DNA of 64,000 bases from contig JBPOFY010000005.1 of assembly GCA_051252375.1 (NCBI GenBank), positions 32,001 to 96,000 of the forward strand. Reading direction: 5' to 3'. Shown piece after piece: positions 60,168-64,000 of this stretch. Both the position numbers and the translations under genes were made by a program. Each line of letters opens with the position of its first letter. Position 1 is the stretch's first letter. The DNA is from Opitutaceae bacterium. GTDB taxonomy: Bacteria > Verrucomicrobiota > Verrucomicrobiia > Opitutales > Coraliomargaritaceae. The notes below the pieces were generated by a model. That model saw nothing but the letters and a program-made list of their open reading frames with translations, made no database searches and was not told the DNA's origin.

Positions 60168-61196
60168 ATGCGGGTCGGAGCCCATCAGATGAGTGCTTCA
60201 CGACTCGCGTCACGTTCGGGTGGCTTGACCTGTTTTTGTTTCGTCCTCTTGTCGCTTTTAACTGCGACAACACTTTCGGCGCGTGAAATACAAGTTTCGG
60301 GCCGCGCTTATGTCGATCTCGGCACAGTGGCTCAACGCTTTGGTATGCAGAGTTACTGGCTTGCCGGGTATAAAACCTATCGGTTGAAAAGTCGCTGGAC
60401 CACGATTGATGCAGGTAAGAACGCGAAGACACTTCAAGTGAATCGCCTGCCTGTATATCTTGGGTTTCCGATGGTGGAGTCTCGTGGGCAGTTGTTTATC
60501 GCGAAGGCTGACTATCAACATGTGCTGCAATCAATTTTGACCCCGCAAGCCTTTCGGCCTGTGCCAGGGTTGCGGCGTATCGTGATTGATGCGGGGCATG
60601 GCGGCAAGGACAGTGGTGCGCGCAATGATGCTTACGGTTTGAAGGAGAAGGAGCTCACCTTGGATGTCTCACGGCGGCTAAAGTCTTTGCTGGAGCGTGC
60701 AGGCTATGATGTGGTTATGACTCGTGACAGCGATGTCTATATTCCGCTCGATCAACGGCCCAAGATGGCGAATCGAACAAAGGGTGATTTGTTTCTAAGT
60801 TTGCATTTCAATGCCGCTGGTTCGTCCACGGCGGCGGGGTTTGAGTCCTATGCTTTGACGCCACAATACCAGGCTTCTTCCAAATACGCTAAGCCCGAGT
60901 CTCGAGATAATGTCGCCTATACGGGCAATCGTCAGGATGCTTGGAATACATTGATCAGCTATCATGTGCAGCGTGCCTTGGTGCAGCGCTTGGGTGGACC
61001 GGATCGCGGCTTAAAGCGTGCGCGCTTCCTTGTTTTGAAACACTTGGACTGTCCAGGTGTCCTTGTAGAATTAGGTTTTGTTTCTCATCCCGGCACCGCG
61101 CAGAAGCTGCGGACCGCTGCTTTTCGTCAAACACTTGCTCAAAGTCTTTTCGAGGGCATTGTTGCCTATCGTAACCGATTAGCACGTATTCAATAA
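60168..61196 (+). CDS. N-acetylmuramoyl-L-alanine amidase (Amidase_3)
   Basis: IDAGHGGKD, EKELTL, SLHFN, LVELGF; start may be 60189. Confidence 0.92.
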   Translation: MRVGAHQMSASRLASRSGGLTCFCFVLLSLLTATTLSAREIQVSGRAYVDLGTVAQRFGMQSYWLAGYKTYRLKSRWTTIDAGKNAKTLQVNRLPVYLGFPMVESRGQLFIAKADYQHVLQSILTPQAFRPVPGLRRIVIDAGHGGKDSGARNDAYGLKEKELTLDVSRRLKSLLERAGYDVVMTRDSDVYIPLDQRPKMANRTKGDLFLSLHFNAAGSSTAAGFESYALTPQYQASSKYAKPESRDNVAYTGNRQDAWNTLISYHVQRALVQRLGGPDRGLKRARFLVLKHLDCPGVLVELGFVSHPGTAQKLRTAAFRQTLAQSLFEGIVAYRNRLARIQ

Positions 61197-61200
61197 CACT

Positions 61201-62853
61201 ATGATTTTTAGAAACTGCTTTGCCCATTTTTGGATACTTGTAACCGCGTCATTATTCGTAGGTGCTGTTGCGTTCGCGAGTGATGAAGCCGCGCGTGTGG
61301 TCATACTGGTCAACGGCAACGATGCAGAATCGGTCGAGATCGGGGAGTATTACGCATCGAAGCGTGGAATACCTGAGAAAAATATCATACACCTCGCTAC
61401 CAGCAAGGCAGAGACAATCACGGTATCGGAATATGTTGAGACGATTTACAACCCCTTGCTTTCGAAACTGATTGAAGGCGACTGGGTGCAGGGTGTTCGT
61501 GCGTCGGGTTCGGATCGTTATGGTCGGCAGGGCATGTCGGTCGCGGTGCATTCCATTAGTTATTTGGTAACAGTTCGGGGTGTGCCTTTGCGGATTTCAA
61601 ACGCACCGGAGTTGATCGAAGCGGATACGGGAAAAATGAATGAGGAATTTAAGGTCAATCGAGGGGCTGTTGATGGAGAGTTGGCGCTTTTGCTGGCTCC
61701 ATCTCATGTCTCAATGACTGCGTTTGTTCCGAATCCGCTATTTGAAAAGAAAAGTCCGTTGGCGGGAGATTTGAGCCGATTGATACGTGTCACTCGCCTA
61801 GATGGTCCGAAGGCAGGCGATGTAATGAAGCTCGTCGATCGCACATTGGAAGCAGAGCGCACTGGTCTGATGGGTCGTGCATATTTCGATATTGGCGGAC
61901 CGCACAATAGTGGTGACGAGTGGATGAATGCTGCGGGTGACCTCGCGAAAGCGGCATATTTTGATACTTCATTTGAAACGACAAAGCGCCCGATGGGCAT
62001 GAATGATCGTTACGATGGTCCCGCAATTTATATGGGTTGGTATCGCCCCAATGCTTATGGTCCTTGGCGGGCGCCGCGCTGGTCTGTGCCTCCTGGTGCG
62101 ATAGGATTTCATTTACATAGTTATTCCGCCCCTACCGTGCGTAGTGCAAAACAAGGATGGTTGGGGCCTTTGGTGGCTCAGGGCTACTGCGCGACAATGG
62201 GCAATGTATATGAGCCGTATTTACAGTTTACGCATCGGCCACAGTTGCTTTTGGAGCATTTGCTCACGGGGCATACTTTTGGAGAAGCAATTGCGTATTG
62301 TAATCCGAGTTTGAGCTGGATGGGGGTTGCGATCGGAGATCCTCTCTATCGTCCATTTAAAATCGATTTGGAGGAGCAGTTGGCACAGGTGCCGGAGGGT
62401 CCCTTTGCGGTGTATGTGCATCTTCGTGAGATCAACCGTTTGAAGGCGGAAGTCAGTCAGTCAGCGGCTTTGGCTTATGCTCGAAAGAATTTTGTAGCTC
62501 AGCCTTCGCTCGCATTGGCATATGAGCTGGCTCAGCTGTTTGCTGCTGAAGGACAAAAGAAAGAGTCTGTCGAAGCGCTTAAGATTATTCGTTATATCGA
62601 TGAGTATTCCGATGACGAACAGATCTTGGTGAAGCAGATTGCCGATTTTCTTTACAAGCAAGGGGAGGGGGCTGCTGCGATGGAAATTTATGAAAGCCTC
62701 ATCGAGCAAAGGTATCTCGATAAGCAATTACGTATCGCATTGCTGGAGGGAGGGGCAAAAGTCGCTGCCACCGCAGGCACCTCAACTCAGGCATCACGCT
62801 GGAATCTGGAAGCACGCCAATTGAAAGCGCCGCCTTCGCCGAAGAGGAAATAG
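61201..62853 (+). CDS. TIGR03790-like secreted protein with C-terminal TPR-like helices
   Basis: VVILVN..ES..IGEYY...RGIP, GVPLRI, VDGELA, TRLDGP, GAIGFHLHS, GNVYEPYL, IGDPLYRPF. Confidence 0.8.
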   Translation: MIFRNCFAHFWILVTASLFVGAVAFASDEAARVVILVNGNDAESVEIGEYYASKRGIPEKNIIHLATSKAETITVSEYVETIYNPLLSKLIEGDWVQGVRASGSDRYGRQGMSVAVHSISYLVTVRGVPLRISNAPELIEADTGKMNEEFKVNRGAVDGELALLLAPSHVSMTAFVPNPLFEKKSPLAGDLSRLIRVTRLDGPKAGDVMKLVDRTLEAERTGLMGRAYFDIGGPHNSGDEWMNAAGDLAKAAYFDTSFETTKRPMGMNDRYDGPAIYMGWYRPNAYGPWRAPRWSVPPGAIGFHLHSYSAPTVRSAKQGWLGPLVAQGYCATMGNVYEPYLQFTHRPQLLLEHLLTGHTFGEAIAYCNPSLSWMGVAIGDPLYRPFKIDLEEQLAQVPEGPFAVYVHLREINRLKAEVSQSAALAYARKNFVAQPSLALAYELAQLFAAEGQKKESVEALKIIRYIDEYSDDEQILVKQIADFLYKQGEGAAAMEIYESLIEQRYLDKQLRIALLEGGAKVAATAGTSTQASRWNLEARQLKAPPSPKRK

Positions 62854-62909
62854 GGTCCATCGTTTGCAGTAAGGTGTTCTCATACCTAAAACACGCTTAA
62901 TTTCTTTTA

Positions 62910-62934
62910 ATAGGTTCTTGACTCAAGAACCTAT
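62910..62934. promoter_or_regulatory. Perfect palindrome upstream of cysC (candidate operator)
   Basis: ATAGGTTCTTGA-C-TCAAGAACCTAT, 12-bp arms with a 1-nt centre. Confidence 0.45.
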
Positions 62935-62991
62935 GATAAGCAGAAACCGGTTTACTTTTGAGCTTAAACCGCTTTCATCGCGGGTTTTTCC

Positions 62992-63609
62992 ATGTCCACA
63001 CCTGATAACATACACACAGAATTTCACCGCATGCTTGGTCGCGAGTCCAAGGAGGCGCAACTGCGTCAGCGTGGGCATGTTTTCTGGTTTTATGGGCTCT
63101 CTGGTTCTGGTAAGAGCACGCTAGCCAATGCTTTAGAGCGCAAACTCGTCGAGCTCGGCTATGTGACCAAGATTTTGGACGGGGATAATATCCGCAGCCG
63201 TTTGAACTCGGATTTGGGGTTTTCCGATGAGGATCGTCAGGAAAACATCCGTCGTATATCCGAAGTGGCCCGCCTCTTTCTCGATATGGGCGTGGTTGTT
63301 TTCTCCTCTTTCATTACTCCGAAACGTGACCTCAGAGCGTCGGCCCTCGAAATTGTTGGCTCGGAAGATATGACACCAGTTTACGTGCAAGCATCATTCG
63401 AGACATGTGCCGAGCGCGATGTGAAAGGGCTCTACGCTAAAGCCGCTGCAGGTGGCGTCAAAAACTTTACCGGTAAGGACTCCTCTTTCGAAGCACCCGA
63501 AGCGGGCGACCCAGACTGGACAATTTCGACCGATAACAAAACCGAAGAAGAATCGCTTAACGAACTGCTCGAGCAGGTCCTTCCTTTAATCAAGAAAACA
63601 GAACGCTAG
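62992..63609 (+). CDS. cysC: Adenylyl-sulfate kinase
   Basis: GLSGSGKST, LDGDNIR, DRQENIRR, RDVKGLY, NFTG.DS.FEAP. Confidence 0.96.
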   Translation: MSTPDNIHTEFHRMLGRESKEAQLRQRGHVFWFYGLSGSGKSTLANALERKLVELGYVTKILDGDNIRSRLNSDLGFSDEDRQENIRRISEVARLFLDMGVVVFSSFITPKRDLRASALEIVGSEDMTPVYVQASFETCAERDVKGLYAKAAAGGVKNFTGKDSSFEAPEAGDPDWTISTDNKTEEESLNELLEQVLPLIKKTER

Positions 63610-63656
63610 TTCACTTCTACATTCTAACTCCTGACTTCTAAATTCTTTTAAATACC

Positions 63657-64000
<344 letters not shown>

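Overview
Mostly housekeeping chromosome. The Arg-run and large insertion in RpoB, the gene repertoire, the PATR-repeat surface proteins and the TIGR03790-like gene suggest a Verrucomicrobiota (Opitutales, Coraliomargarita/Lentimonas-like) organism; this is an inference, not a database result. Gene order: rpoB (5'-truncated) and rpoC; a DUF4197-like gene; two tandem amt + P-II (glnK/glnB) pairs behind a clear sigma-54 promoter; a divergent cluster of M42 peptidase, RimK-TrkA_C fusion, RimB-like protease and AstE/ASPA-like hydrolase; a small accessory stress block (USP, cbpA-cbpM, membrane proteins, an unannotated 44-aa basic peptide, a glycosyltransferase remnant); several enzymes; an L,D-transpeptidase; ppk1; htpG; two large PATR-repeat secreted proteins sharing a near-identical ~685-bp 3' cassette; a moxR-DUF58-bat operon; a sigma-54 response regulator; a PstS-like protein; tRNA-Gly(GCC); gltX; infC; an amidase; a TIGR03790-like gene; cysC and the start of cysD. 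I see no integrase, transposase, CRISPR array or reverse transcriptase. The most unusual signals: (1) the shared C-terminal cassette on barrel-less adhesin-like proteins; (2) a layered set of small repeats, in which REP-like doublets and heptamer arrays sit in frame inside batE and DUF58, and a ~24-bp TTCGAC..GCTCA micro-insert is nested inside other repeats; (3) loss of all four ligands of the second RpoC zinc site; (4) a RimK-centred glutamate polymer module next to the nitrogen-uptake locus; (5) att-like 3'-end duplications at tRNA-Gly and at an oxidoreductase gene. All family names are recognised by eye and were not searched.
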